From an uncultured Roseivirgaceae bacterium (GTDB lineage Bacteria; Bacteroidota; Bacteroidia; Cytophagales; Cyclobacteriaceae), in assembly GCA_964404445.1 (NCBI GenBank), contig CAYOJW010000009.1, positions 1-64,000 on the forward strand: a DNA stretch of 64,000 nucleotides, written 5' to 3'. This document shows, piece by piece, positions 1 to 9,520 of the stretch. Below the pieces are notes generated by a model that saw only the letters and a program-made list of their open reading frames with translations, was not told the DNA's origin and did no database searches. The position numbers and the translations under genes are program-made. How positions within the stretch are numbered: position 1 is the first letter of the stretch; each line of letters opens with the position of its first letter.

Positions 1-329
1 TTAATCTCCCTAATCAACCGACAATCTCGGACTTTGAAAACAGTGAACTTTTAATCTGCAACTACGGACAATGGAAAAACAGAAAATTAATGATTTGGAT
101 TGACGCAAAATATTCAAAACGTTTTATAGACCAGTATCAGGTAGTGGATAAAGTAAAAGTTAACAAAGTATACAAGACAAATGACAGTGACGATCTAATG
201 TATGGCGGACTGGATGCAATCAAGGAACAAACACAAATGCAATTCGACTTTGAACAAAACGGAGGACAAAAACCCTCACGAATAAAATCGGGTGACTATT
301 TGACAGATAAAAAATGGAGACTGTGGTGA
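1..329 (+). CDS. C-terminal fragment of a hypothetical protein; the reading frame is open from the window edge
   Basis: Frame containing ORF 90..329 has no stop back to position 1; no recognisable motifs. Confidence 0.3.
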   Translation, partial: NLPNQPTISDFENSELLICNYGQWKNRKLMIWIDAKYSKRFIDQYQVVDKVKVNKVYKTNDSDDLMYGGLDAIKEQTQMQFDFEQNGGQKPSRIKSGDYLTDKKWRLW

Positions 330-1168
330 AAAAGCACAGCCGGCAATCGAGTAGACGGCCTCGCCAGTTGTAACTGACGAGGTGCGCCTCTCACACCACT
401 GTACGTACGGGTCGCGTATACAGCGGTTCATTAAGCATACTGTAATCGCTCTTTGCACCGATCACAGCTTTGATCCACTTTAACGTAAGGCTGGTAAACT
501 CGAAGTTTTAGACCTCCTTACAGCATTTCAATCATCTTAACGTTCAGCCCTTCATTGACGTGTGAGACCTCCCCGTGTTTCGTGGGGCTCGTTCCTATCA
601 ACTACTATGACTTCTGCTGACTTCTCCTTAATGTTCCCGACATCAGGAGACCTCCCCAGGTAAGACACTTATCCTTCCGTCTATCGCTGCCACATCTACA
701 TACCTCTACTTTTGCACCAACAGGCTTTGTGATGATGTGCTCACTCACCCGTAGCGGTATGCCTCTGTATGTGGTTCATGTGCTTCAGTACAGACTTTTG
801 CAGTCCTGCTTCCTTCAGTTCAAGGATTGCTCCTTACAACCTTGCAGCTTGCTATGTGCTTTTAGGATTCGCACATCAGGGACTTGCACCCTTTGGATAA
901 TCAAACTATTTTCCCGGCTGGAAAACAGTTGTGCCATGCTGGGCACACACACAAGCTACACGCTATGGCGATGGTTGGTTTATTTGAAGTTTAGTTTTCG
1001 TAATTTGGTTTCACAGGATAATTACACAGCTAACGAACACTCGCCACAGCGTGTAGCAAAACGTTATAGGCAACCTTATTGAGCGACCGCACATAGTTCA
1101 GCTATTCGAAAAACGGTAATGCCAGATACACTAATTTTTTTTATCTTTACAGGACAGGCAGCAAGTAA

Positions 1169-2029
1169 ATGAAAGAGTTAAAAATAGTCATAGCAATATA
1201 TAAGGAGCTGATTAATAGAATTGGTAAAGGTGGTATTCCCATTGACCTAAGACTCAAATCAATTGTTGGAACAGTACAAGACGACCCTTTTGACACTTGG
1301 GTTGGACTTGAAATAAAAAAAGCATTACCAGACAATTATGAAATTTATCATTCAGGATCATTAACAACACCCGACATCATCATCCGTGACAAAAATGATG
1401 GAACAACCGTTGGTTTGGAAATAAAAAAACTGATACAAAAACCAAATGGTAGTGATTCAAGAGGGCTGACGATTGACTATAATAGCTGTTTGCCTTGTGG
1501 TTCTACAATGGTAAAAGTTGGCGTTGAAACCATTGTCATACCTTGCTTTTACCTTTTTGCGTTGCTTGATACAGTAAGTAAAAACATCGTTACACTCATT
1601 TTATTGGATGGTGATTTTCTCAATTACGATTTTGACCTTCATAAGGAAGCTAAGTATTCAAACTATACCGAATACAACCACGGCCCTTATGGTGAAGGCT
1701 CTGTAAGACATCGCAAGATGTACACCTACCCCAATCCATTAAATTCTAAAATCAGCAAGTTTCATATGCGACAAATAGTTGTCGCTAAAAAAGCCGACTT
1801 TGAGAAAATAAAAGACACTAAAAATATCACCGAACAAATTATCCGTACAGATAAATATGGGAATTCGTTTTTTTACTACCTCAAAGACGAAACAAAAAAC
1901 GGTTTATTTTCTCTTGACACTTTAACCTCACTTGAAGGTATATTTGATTTATGTAAGGAGCGACAACCTAAAGAAAGAGTAGCTGCCCTACCTGTTTTAC
2001 CACCTCTAAAACTCAATGAAAATGTTTAA
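1169..2029 (+). CDS. Putative Type II restriction endonuclease (PD-(D/E)XK fold) paired with the downstream C5-methyltransferase
   Basis: TPDIIIRDKNDGTTVGLEIKK gives a PD...E-x-K motif; duplicated VGLEIKK segment; 14-bp overlap with the methyltransferase gene; no other family similarity visible. Confidence 0.5.
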   Translation: MKELKIVIAIYKELINRIGKGGIPIDLRLKSIVGTVQDDPFDTWVGLEIKKALPDNYEIYHSGSLTTPDIIIRDKNDGTTVGLEIKKLIQKPNGSDSRGLTIDYNSCLPCGSTMVKVGVETIVIPCFYLFALLDTVSKNIVTLILLDGDFLNYDFDLHKEAKYSNYTEYNHGPYGEGSVRHRKMYTYPNPLNSKISKFHMRQIVVAKKADFEKIKDTKNITEQIIRTDKYGNSFFYYLKDETKNGLFSLDTLTSLEGIFDLCKERQPKERVAALPVLPPLKLNENV

Positions 2030-3167
2030 CATCAGAGGCAAAAATAAAACAGACTATACTTATTTAGGCTTGTTTGCAGGAGCAGGTGGGCTTGACCTTG
2101 GTTTTGAACTTGCAGGCTTTCAGCATACAGAATCCAATGAAATATTAGATTATGCAGTTAAAACTTTGCGAATGAATCGTCCCGATTGGAATGTCGTTCA
2201 CAAAGATGTCAGGGAATATACACCTTCTTTCAAAAATGGTCTTGATGTTTTGTTGGCAGGTTTTCCTTGCCAAGGGTTTTCACTTGGTGGAAATAGAGAT
2301 GAAACAGACGAAAGAAATACGCTTTATCGTGAAGTTGTCCGTATTGCAAAATATATGCAGCCGAGAGTAATAGTGATGGAAAACGTTTTGAATTTACGGA
2401 CAATGACACATCCTGAAACGGGAAAACCATTTGCCCAGCAAATTTCAGACGAACTTTCCGCAATTGGTTACACGACTATATTTGATTTTTTTCGGGTATC
2501 GCAACACGGAGTTCCACAAACAAGACGCAGATTTATCTTTATTGCATACAAGGACAACACCTTATGCCATTTTAAATTTCCCAACCCACAAAGAAAGGAA
2601 ACAGGAATCAAAGAATTTTTATACGACTTAGGACAGGATCTATCTATTACACTGCCAAATCATGACCCTGAATGGGGCTTTAAAAGTTATGCTCATACCG
2701 AAACAGGTGAGCCATTTGACGAATCAGAGATAGCTATACCAGTTAGATTTAGCAGAACAGCATCTGAGGGAAACCCTGTAAGAGACTTTGAATCTCCGTT
2801 CCCTGCGGTTGATACTGCAACAGTTTGGGGGTGGGCTAAAGGGAATGTTGTAGCCGAACGAATAATGAAAAATCGTGACGGAGCAATGTTTGTGCGTAAC
2901 CCTGAAAGTGAAGCAAAGCTTTGGCGAATAAAGGCAAGCAAACTACGACCATTTACAGCAAGAGAGTACGCACGACTTCAAACATTTCCTGATGATTGGG
3001 TTTTCTACGGTAAAAATAAACGAGAATTACAGTTGCAAATAGGTAATGCTGTACCTGTAATTTTCGCGGAAAAAATAGCCTTGAAAGTTCGTGAAGCGTT
3101 AGAGTTTTTAGACGGTCGATTACAAGAAATGCTGGTTGAACTAGGCGAACAAGCAAGGTTGTTTTGA
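2016..3167 (+). CDS. DNA (cytosine-5)-methyltransferase
   Basis: Motif I FAGAGGLDLGF, motif IV GFPCQGFS, motif VI ENV, C-terminal QxGNAV motif; variable target-recognition region between them. Confidence 0.9.
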   Translation: MKMFNIRGKNKTDYTYLGLFAGAGGLDLGFELAGFQHTESNEILDYAVKTLRMNRPDWNVVHKDVREYTPSFKNGLDVLLAGFPCQGFSLGGNRDETDERNTLYREVVRIAKYMQPRVIVMENVLNLRTMTHPETGKPFAQQISDELSAIGYTTIFDFFRVSQHGVPQTRRRFIFIAYKDNTLCHFKFPNPQRKETGIKEFLYDLGQDLSITLPNHDPEWGFKSYAHTETGEPFDESEIAIPVRFSRTASEGNPVRDFESPFPAVDTATVWGWAKGNVVAERIMKNRDGAMFVRNPESEAKLWRIKASKLRPFTAREYARLQTFPDDWVFYGKNKRELQLQIGNAVPVIFAEKIALKVREALEFLDGRLQEMLVELGEQARLF

Positions 3168-3207
3168 ACCAATAGAACAATGTTGATACGGTGTTATCAA
3201 ACAACCA

Positions 3208-4995
3208 TCACATCCGCTCAGGCACTTGAATACCCAACATCCTCATCGACTTTTTAATGGCAGATGCAATACTTTCAGATAAGGCAATACGGAACCTCAG
3301 TTTGGCCTGATCGGCTTCGTTGAAAATAGGGATGTTCTGGTAAAACTGGTTGTACTGTTTGGCCAGGTCGTACGCGTAGTTGGCGATTACAGCGGGTGAG
3401 TATTCTTTTGCGGCCTCTTTCAGTCTTGCCTCGAACGTACTCAACAAATAAAGTGCTTCGCGTTCAACCGGTTCGAGCGAAGCAATGGTTTTAAGATCAT
3501 CTGCCGACACCGTAATGTTCATACTCGCAGCCTTACGCAAAATAGCTTTAATACGCGCGTGGGTATATTGAATAAACGGTCCGGTGTGCCCCTGCAACTG
3601 TATCGACTCGTTCGGGTCGAACATCATGCGCTTTTTCGGATCGACTTTCAGCAAGAAAAATTTTAACGCGCTCAGGCCAATCATTTCGGCCAGGTCGTTG
3701 ATTTCTTCTTTACTCATATCATCAATCTTACCCAACTCGTGTGTTTGCCGGAGCGCAGCATCAACCATTTCCTGCATCAGATCATCGGCATCCACTACTG
3801 TGCCTTCACGACTTTTCATTTTGCCTGATGGCAGATCAACCATACCATACGATAAGTGGTAACATTGTTTCGCCCATTCATAGCCCAACTTGCTCAAAAT
3901 CAGGAACAACACTTTGAAGTGATACTCCTGCTCGTTGCCTACGGTATAAATTTGTCCTTCAATTTTCGGAAAATCGCGGAAGCGCAAAATGGCTGTGCCA
4001 ATATCCTGCGTCATATACACCGAAGTGCCATCGGAACGCAGCAATACTTTTTGATCGAGGCCATCGGCTGTAAGATCAACCCAGACTGAGCCATCGTCTT
4101 TTTTAAAGAAGATACCTTTTTCTACACCTTTTAATACTTCTTCTTTACCGAGTAAATAGGTGTCCGATTCGTAATACAGTTTATCGAAATTAACGCCCAT
4201 GCGTTTGTACGTAACATCGAAACCGCTATACACCCAGCCGTTCATGGTTTTCCAAAGCTGTACGGTTTCTGCATCTTTGGCTTCCCACTTTTGCAGCATA
4301 TCTACCGCAAGCTTCATAATAGGCGCCTGCTTCTCTGCTTCCTCTTTGCTTACGCCTTTCTCTTCTAATTCTTTTACCTGGGCTTTGTAGTGCTTATCGA
4401 ACTCTACATAATATTTACCTACCAGCTTATCACCTTTCAAACCGCTGCTTTCGGGTGTTTCATCGTTGCCATACAACTTCCACGCAGCCATGCTTTTGCA
4501 GATGTGTATGCCGCGATCGTTAATGATTTGCACCTTATGCACGGTATAGCCAACGGCTTTATAAAGTTCGGCTACGCTGTATCCCAAAAAATTATTGCGC
4601 AAATGCCCGAGGTGCAGCGGCTTGTTGGTGTTAGGCGATGAATATTCAATCATGATTTCTTTTCCGTTATCCGGAAGTGAACCATAATTTTTATTGGCAT
4701 AGATGGCTGCAAAAACTTCTGCCCAGGCTTTATCTGAAACTACAAGGTTTAAAAAACCTTTCACCACGTTAAAGCGGCTCACGATACCTGAGTTTTCTAC
4801 CAGATAATTTCCAATGGCGTTAGCTGTTTCTTCCGGCTTTAGTTTTGAAATCCGCGTAAGCGGAAAGCACACTAATGTATGCGAGCCTTCAAACTCGGCA
4901 TTGGTTGGTTGCAGTTGTAGCTGTTCTGCATTTTGATTGAATAAAGCAGAAACTGCTTTTTGTATTTCGATTCGTAATTGATTATCTAAGTTCAT
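3208..4995 (-). CDS. argS: Arginine--tRNA ligase
   Basis: SSPNTNKPLHLGHLRN (class I HIGH-type motif of ArgRS) and a C-terminus ending ...PERM. The track start at 5016 is a TTG; the ATG giving MNLDNQ at 4995 is the more likely start. Confidence 0.9.
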   Translation of the reverse strand: MNLDNQLRIEIQKAVSALFNQNAEQLQLQPTNAEFEGSHTLVCFPLTRISKLKPEETANAIGNYLVENSGIVSRFNVVKGFLNLVVSDKAWAEVFAAIYANKNYGSLPDNGKEIMIEYSSPNTNKPLHLGHLRNNFLGYSVAELYKAVGYTVHKVQIINDRGIHICKSMAAWKLYGNDETPESSGLKGDKLVGKYYVEFDKHYKAQVKELEEKGVSKEEAEKQAPIMKLAVDMLQKWEAKDAETVQLWKTMNGWVYSGFDVTYKRMGVNFDKLYYESDTYLLGKEEVLKGVEKGIFFKKDDGSVWVDLTADGLDQKVLLRSDGTSVYMTQDIGTAILRFRDFPKIEGQIYTVGNEQEYHFKVLFLILSKLGYEWAKQCYHLSYGMVDLPSGKMKSREGTVVDADDLMQEMVDAALRQTHELGKIDDMSKEEINDLAEMIGLSALKFFLLKVDPKKRMMFDPNESIQLQGHTGPFIQYTHARIKAILRKAASMNITVSADDLKTIASLEPVEREALYLLSTFEARLKEAAKEYSPAVIANYAYDLAKQYNQFYQNIPIFNEADQAKLRFRIALSESIASAIKKSMRMLGIQVPERM

Positions 4996-4999
4996 ATTT

Positions 5000-5018
5000 A
5001 ACCGCAAAGGACGCAAAG
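5000..5018. repeat. AACCGCAAAGGACGCAAAG repeat, copy 1, flanking the GxxExxY gene
   Basis: Near-identical copy at 5421..5439; related inverted copy at 5455..5483. Confidence 0.7.
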
Positions 5019-5031
5019 ATACGCTGAGTTG

Positions 5032-5409
5032 TTATAAATTATTTGCCACGCGCTTAATTCCTGCTTTCAGTAAGGTAACATTGAAATTAATTAACAGGCC
5101 AAGCTTACATTTTGACAGCTTAAGGTATGTTAAAACCTGAGCCAGGTGGATATCGTTAAGGGCATCTACCGCTTTCACTTCAATAATTACTTTCTTTTCA
5201 ACCATCAAGTCAATCCGGTAACCACAGTCCAGCTTAACTTCTTTATACACTAAGGGTAACGGTTTTTGTTTTTCAACCAACAAACCTGATTGAATAAGTT
5301 CATAATAAAGGCATTCTTCATAAGAAGATTCCAAGAGGCCCGGTCCAAGCTCACGATGAACCTGTATCGCACAACCGATAATCTTTTCTGAAATCTCGTT
5401 TTCTGTCAT
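5032..5409 (-). CDS. GxxExxY family protein (PD-(D/E)XK-like)
   Basis: Contains GLLESSY (G-x-x-E-x-x-Y) within IGCAIQVHRELGPGLLESSYEECLYYEL; 125 aa, the typical size for this family. Confidence 0.8.
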   Translation of the reverse strand: MTENEISEKIIGCAIQVHRELGPGLLESSYEECLYYELIQSGLLVEKQKPLPLVYKEVKLDCGYRIDLMVEKKVIIEVKAVDALNDIHLAQVLTYLKLSKCKLGLLINFNVTLLKAGIKRVANNL

Positions 5410-5420
5410 ATTTTTATTTT

Positions 5421-5483
5421 AACCGCAAAGAGCGCAAAGTTAAAATATAACTTTCTCTGCGCACCTCCGTGTCCTCTGCGGTT
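5421..5483. repeat. AACCGCAAAGAGCGCAAAG direct repeat (copy 2) plus the inverted, related element CTCTGCGCACCTCCGTGTCCTCTGCGGTT
   Basis: Direct repeat of 5000..5018. Reverse complement of 5455..5483 reads ACCGCAGAGGACACGGAGGTGCGCAGAG, the same CCGCARAGGAC...GCGCARAG core with an 8-nt insertion. Confidence 0.65.
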
Positions 5484-5497
5484 TATTCTTCTTCGGT

Positions 5498-6475
5498 TTA
5501 TAAGTCTAAGATATACGCAAACATTAAAGGCGCTACAATAGTCGCATCGCTTTCTACAATAAACTTCGGAGTTTCGATGCTTAGCTTACCCCACGTAATT
5601 TTTTCGTTGGGCACAGCACCGGAGTACGAACCGTAAGAAGTCGTGCTGTCGCTGATCTGGCAGAAGTAGCTCCAGAACGGTACGCCATCGCGTTCCAAAT
5701 CCTGGTGCAACATCGGCACCACGCAAATCGGGAAGTCGCCTGCAATGCCCCCACCAATCTGGAAGAAGCCAATACCATCTTTACCTGAATTTTCGGTGTA
5801 CCAGTCGGCCAACCATACCATGTATTCGATACCGCTCTTCATCGTGCTGGCTTTTAGTTCGCCAGTCAGCACATACGAAGCAAAAATATTTCCCATCGTA
5901 CTGTCTTCCCAGCCCGGCACTACCATTGGCATGTTGCGTTCGGCTGCGGCAATCATCCAACTGTTTTTCGGATCGATTTCATAATACTGTTTCAACACGC
6001 CACTGTTAATCATGCGGAACATAAACTCGTGCGGAAACAACCGCTCGCCTTTGTCTTCGGCATCTTTCCACACCTTAAACAAGTGCGACTGTAATCTTCT
6101 AAACGCCTCCTCTTCGGGAATGCACGTGTCGGTTACACGGTTCAAGTGATTGCCCAGCAAATCCCACTCTTCCTGCGGAGTGAGGTCGCGGTAGTTGGGT
6201 ATTCTTTTATAATGTGAGTGTGCCACAAGGTTCATGATGTCCTCTTCGAGGTTGGCGCCCGTACACGAAATAATATGCACCTTATCCTGACGGATCATCT
6301 CGGCAAAGCTGATGCCCAGCTCGGCCGTGCTCATGGCTCCGGCCAACGACACCAACATCTTTTTGCCTTCGGCAATGTGTTTTTTATAGCCTTTGGCGGC
6401 ATCTACTAATGCGGCAGCGTTAAAATGCAGGAAATTTTTTTCGATAAAGGCAGAAATGGGTCTGTTTTGGCTCAT
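5498..6475 (-). CDS. Deoxyhypusine synthase-like protein (homospermidine synthase-type)
   Basis: Full-length similarity pattern of the DHS family, e.g. GGIAGDFPICVVPMLHQDL and SYGSYSGA; 325 aa. Confidence 0.75.
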   Translation of the reverse strand: MSQNRPISAFIEKNFLHFNAAALVDAAKGYKKHIAEGKKMLVSLAGAMSTAELGISFAEMIRQDKVHIISCTGANLEEDIMNLVAHSHYKRIPNYRDLTPQEEWDLLGNHLNRVTDTCIPEEEAFRRLQSHLFKVWKDAEDKGERLFPHEFMFRMINSGVLKQYYEIDPKNSWMIAAAERNMPMVVPGWEDSTMGNIFASYVLTGELKASTMKSGIEYMVWLADWYTENSGKDGIGFFQIGGGIAGDFPICVVPMLHQDLERDGVPFWSYFCQISDSTTSYGSYSGAVPNEKITWGKLSIETPKFIVESDATIVAPLMFAYILDL

Positions 6476-6694
6476 GATTCGTTCAAATTTTGGGCGAAAA
6501 TACGCAAACCTGTTAAGGTTTCAAGGGTAAAAATGCTTTGGGCGGCCGGGCGGGCTGTCGGCACTCGCCAACCCCACGCACTGGCCACTTCGGGCTCAAA
6601 CAAATGCCTCCATCCCTGCCGCAACAATTCAACCAACACAAACTCTTCTGATCGATTCAAAATATCTTCAAAATTGAAATGGTAAATTAGTGGA

Positions 6695-7369
6695 ATGAAA
6701 ATCCTAATTGTAGAAGATGAAAAAGAACTTGCCAAAGACATTGCTGAATACCTGTCGGGCGAAAACTACTTGTGCGAAACGGCAACGACCTACCGGCAAG
6801 CGGCCGACAAAATCGGGGTTTATTCGTACGACTGTATTCTCTTAGACTTAATGCTGCCTGACGGACAAGGCCTTCAATTACTCGAACTACTGAAAAGCCA
6901 AAACAAACAAGATGGGGTAATTATTATCTCAGCCAAAAATTCTGTTGAAGATAAAGTAAAAGGACTGCAAATTGGTGCGGACGATTACCTGGCAAAACCG
7001 TTTCATCATTCCGAATTACTGGCAAGAATACATTCACTCATCCGCAGAAAACAGTTTAACAACGCAAACATTATCCGGCAAAATGAAATAACGGTTGATT
7101 CATTAGCAAAAACCGTTACGGTTAATAACAAAGCGATTAGTCTCACAAAAAAAGAATTTGACCTATTGCTCTTTTTCTTAGGCAATAAAAACAGGGTTAT
7201 TTCAAAAGCCGCCATTGCCGAACATATTTCGGGCGATATTGCCGATATGTTTGACAACCACGATTTTGTTTATGCTCATGTTAAAAATCTGAAAAAGAAA
7301 CTTTCAGAGGCCGGCTACGGCAACTACCTGAAAACAATTTACGGAACAGGCTACAAGTGGGAACTATGA
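6695..7369 (+). CDS. Two-component response regulator, OmpR/winged-helix family
   Basis: MKILIVEDE receiver domain with conserved D, plus a C-terminal winged-helix DNA-binding domain (YGTGYKWE). Confidence 0.85.
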   Translation: MKILIVEDEKELAKDIAEYLSGENYLCETATTYRQAADKIGVYSYDCILLDLMLPDGQGLQLLELLKSQNKQDGVIIISAKNSVEDKVKGLQIGADDYLAKPFHHSELLARIHSLIRRKQFNNANIIRQNEITVDSLAKTVTVNNKAISLTKKEFDLLLFFLGNKNRVISKAAIAEHISGDIADMFDNHDFVYAHVKNLKKKLSEAGYGNYLKTIYGTGYKWEL

Positions 7370-8652
7370 GTAAGTTATTAAATAAACCATTCAAAGCATT
7401 TACAATTTACGCGCTCATCGTTTTAGTGTGCAGCATACCGGTTTATTATCTTGTAGTAGATTTTATCTGGCTAAACGAGTTAGACGAGCATAATCTCATC
7501 ATTAAAAAACGTATCGAAACTGGCTTTAACAATATTCAAATAAACGATGATGAGTTGATAGGTTTACTAAACCATTGGACGAAATTACAACCGGGCACAA
7601 CATTAACACCCGCTAATGTTCCGGCCGCCAAAGCTGACAGTACCTATACCATCAGGAGGCTGAACGAATTCCCTGAACACCATGAGCTTGACCGTTTCAG
7701 AGGGCTTTCTTCATTCATAACCATTAACGGCAAACTCTATCATTTACAAATTGAAACCAACGTAGAAGAAAGCCACGAAACCGTGCTGGCCATTGCCGTG
7801 GTTACAATCCTGTTTTTTACGCTACTGGTTATAGGCTTCATAGTTTTAAACAAACGGATTGCAAAAAAAATCTGGCAGCCATTCCGCCATACGCTTGAAA
7901 AATTAAAATCGTTCGATTTAACCACACGGCAAGCCATTTCGTTTGAAAAAACTGGCATAGAAGAATTTGAAGAACTAAATCAATCATTACAAAAACTGAT
8001 TGACAGAAACATTTCGGTTTACACGCAACAGAAAACATTTATCGAAAATGCCTCTCACGAATTACAAACACCCCTGGCCGTATTAAGGTCGAAAATGGAT
8101 TTGCTTTTACAGAACAAAGACATCACAAACGACCAATCGCAAATTCTCGCAGCCATTGAATTGCCGCTATCGAGAATTTCAAGAATCAACAAAAACCTAT
8201 TACTGTTGGCGAAACTTGAAAACGATCAATTCCCCGACAAAGAAAACCTTGAATTAACAACAATACTCAACGAAAGCCTTGAGCTACTCGCTGACTACAT
8301 TATAACCAAACAAATTACCGTTGATAAAAACCTCAACGGAAAGCTATTCATCACCTGCAATAAAACCTTGCTCGAAATTCTTGTTAATAATTTGCTCATC
8401 AACTCCATTATTCACAACACCGAAAAAGGCAACATACGCATTGATTTATCGGGGCGAACATTAACCGTATCCAATACGGGAGTTACACCACTGAACAACG
8501 AAAACCTGTTTAAACGCTTTACGGTTTCATCTTCCGAAACTGCCAGCAGTGGTTTAGGGCTGGCAATCATCAAAGAAATTTGTAACCGCCATAAGTGGGA
8601 AATCAGCTATCAGTTTGGAGATAATTTCCATGTCTTTTCTGTTAGCTTCTAA
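7357..8652 (+). CDS. Sensor histidine kinase
   Basis: Two TM segments, H-box ASHELQTPL, and N and G boxes in the C-terminal HATPase region; 13-bp overlap with the response regulator gene. Confidence 0.85.
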   Translation: MGTMSKLLNKPFKAFTIYALIVLVCSIPVYYLVVDFIWLNELDEHNLIIKKRIETGFNNIQINDDELIGLLNHWTKLQPGTTLTPANVPAAKADSTYTIRRLNEFPEHHELDRFRGLSSFITINGKLYHLQIETNVEESHETVLAIAVVTILFFTLLVIGFIVLNKRIAKKIWQPFRHTLEKLKSFDLTTRQAISFEKTGIEEFEELNQSLQKLIDRNISVYTQQKTFIENASHELQTPLAVLRSKMDLLLQNKDITNDQSQILAAIELPLSRISRINKNLLLLAKLENDQFPDKENLELTTILNESLELLADYIITKQITVDKNLNGKLFITCNKTLLEILVNNLLINSIIHNTEKGNIRIDLSGRTLTVSNTGVTPLNNENLFKRFTVSSSETASSGLGLAIIKEICNRHKWEISYQFGDNFHVFSVSF

Positions 8653-8714
8653 AAATTCAAAATTTCTTCAAAATCGGGTTATTTTTTTGTGCATAACTAT
8701 TTTCTGATAGATGT

Positions 8715-9473
8715 ATGCCGCTAATCGAAGAATTTGACAAACAGGGAAATTGGCTTTTCAGGTACAGAGGTGAATTGCCGCTGATTGTTGTATTGATAGG
8801 TTATGTTCTTTATGCAAGAACAGAGTTTTACCCCGAAACATTTTTTCTGGAAGAAACCGTGTATGAGCCTTACTATGAGGCTGGGTGTTTGCTCATAAGT
8901 TTGTTGGGATTATTCATCAGGATTTATACAGTCGGGCATACGCCTGAAAATACTTCAGGCCGCAATACAGAAAAACAAGTAGCAGACAGCCTGAACACCA
9001 CGGGCGCTTACTCCCTTGTGCGACACCCGCTTTACTTAGGCAATTTCTTCATGTCACTGGGGCCGGTTCTGTTAACCGGAAACTTTAGCTTTTTAATAAT
9101 CTTCTGCCTTTTATTCTGGGTTTACTATGAGCGGATTATGTTTGCAGAGGAAAATTTTTTAAGGAAGAAATTTGGCGAACATTATATAGAATGGGCACAG
9201 AATATACCGCCTTTTCTTCCACGCCACACCCGAAAGAAATTTCTGCGGCCTCAATACAAATTCAGTTGGAAAAAAGTAATCAAAAAAGAAAAGAACGGGC
9301 TGGTAGCAATCTTCCTTATTTTTTCAATCTTCGATATTACCGGAGAGATACTTGAGGGCAGAAGGGATTTCAACTATGTATTTATATTTCTCTGCATTGC
9401 AACCATTATCGCATATTTCATTATCAAGTATATCAAGTCAAGAATGACTACTTTGAATGAATCGCAGCGATAA
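8715..9473 (+). CDS. Isoprenylcysteine carboxyl methyltransferase (ICMT/PEMT) family membrane methyltransferase
   Basis: VRHPLYLGN and EENFLRKKFGEHYIEWAQNIPPFLP, the ICMT hallmark (RHPxY ... EE..L...FG..Y..Y...P); multi-TM. Confidence 0.65.
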   Translation: MPLIEEFDKQGNWLFRYRGELPLIVVLIGYVLYARTEFYPETFFLEETVYEPYYEAGCLLISLLGLFIRIYTVGHTPENTSGRNTEKQVADSLNTTGAYSLVRHPLYLGNFFMSLGPVLLTGNFSFLIIFCLLFWVYYERIMFAEENFLRKKFGEHYIEWAQNIPPFLPRHTRKKFLRPQYKFSWKKVIKKEKNGLVAIFLIFSIFDITGEILEGRRDFNYVFIFLCIATIIAYFIIKYIKSRMTTLNESQR

Positions 9474-9520
9474 TTCAAAATTCCTTCTAAATCTGCTTAG
9501 ACATTGCATTAAAAAATGCA

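Noticed and set aside
729-1082. 117-aa + strand ORF inside the ORF-free segment
   Set aside because: The Cys/Leu/Ser-rich translation (MMMCSLTRSGMPLYVV…) has no coding-like composition. It was treated as a chance ORF in non-coding DNA.
383-1168. Possible ORF-less group II intron starting at GTGCGCC (5' GUGYG consensus)
   Set aside because: I could not find a domain V-like hairpin (GAGC…GUUC around a GAAA-type loop) or a domain VI/AY 3' end before the R-M genes. The 7-nt match alone is too weak. I kept it only as a check inside the ncRNA finding.
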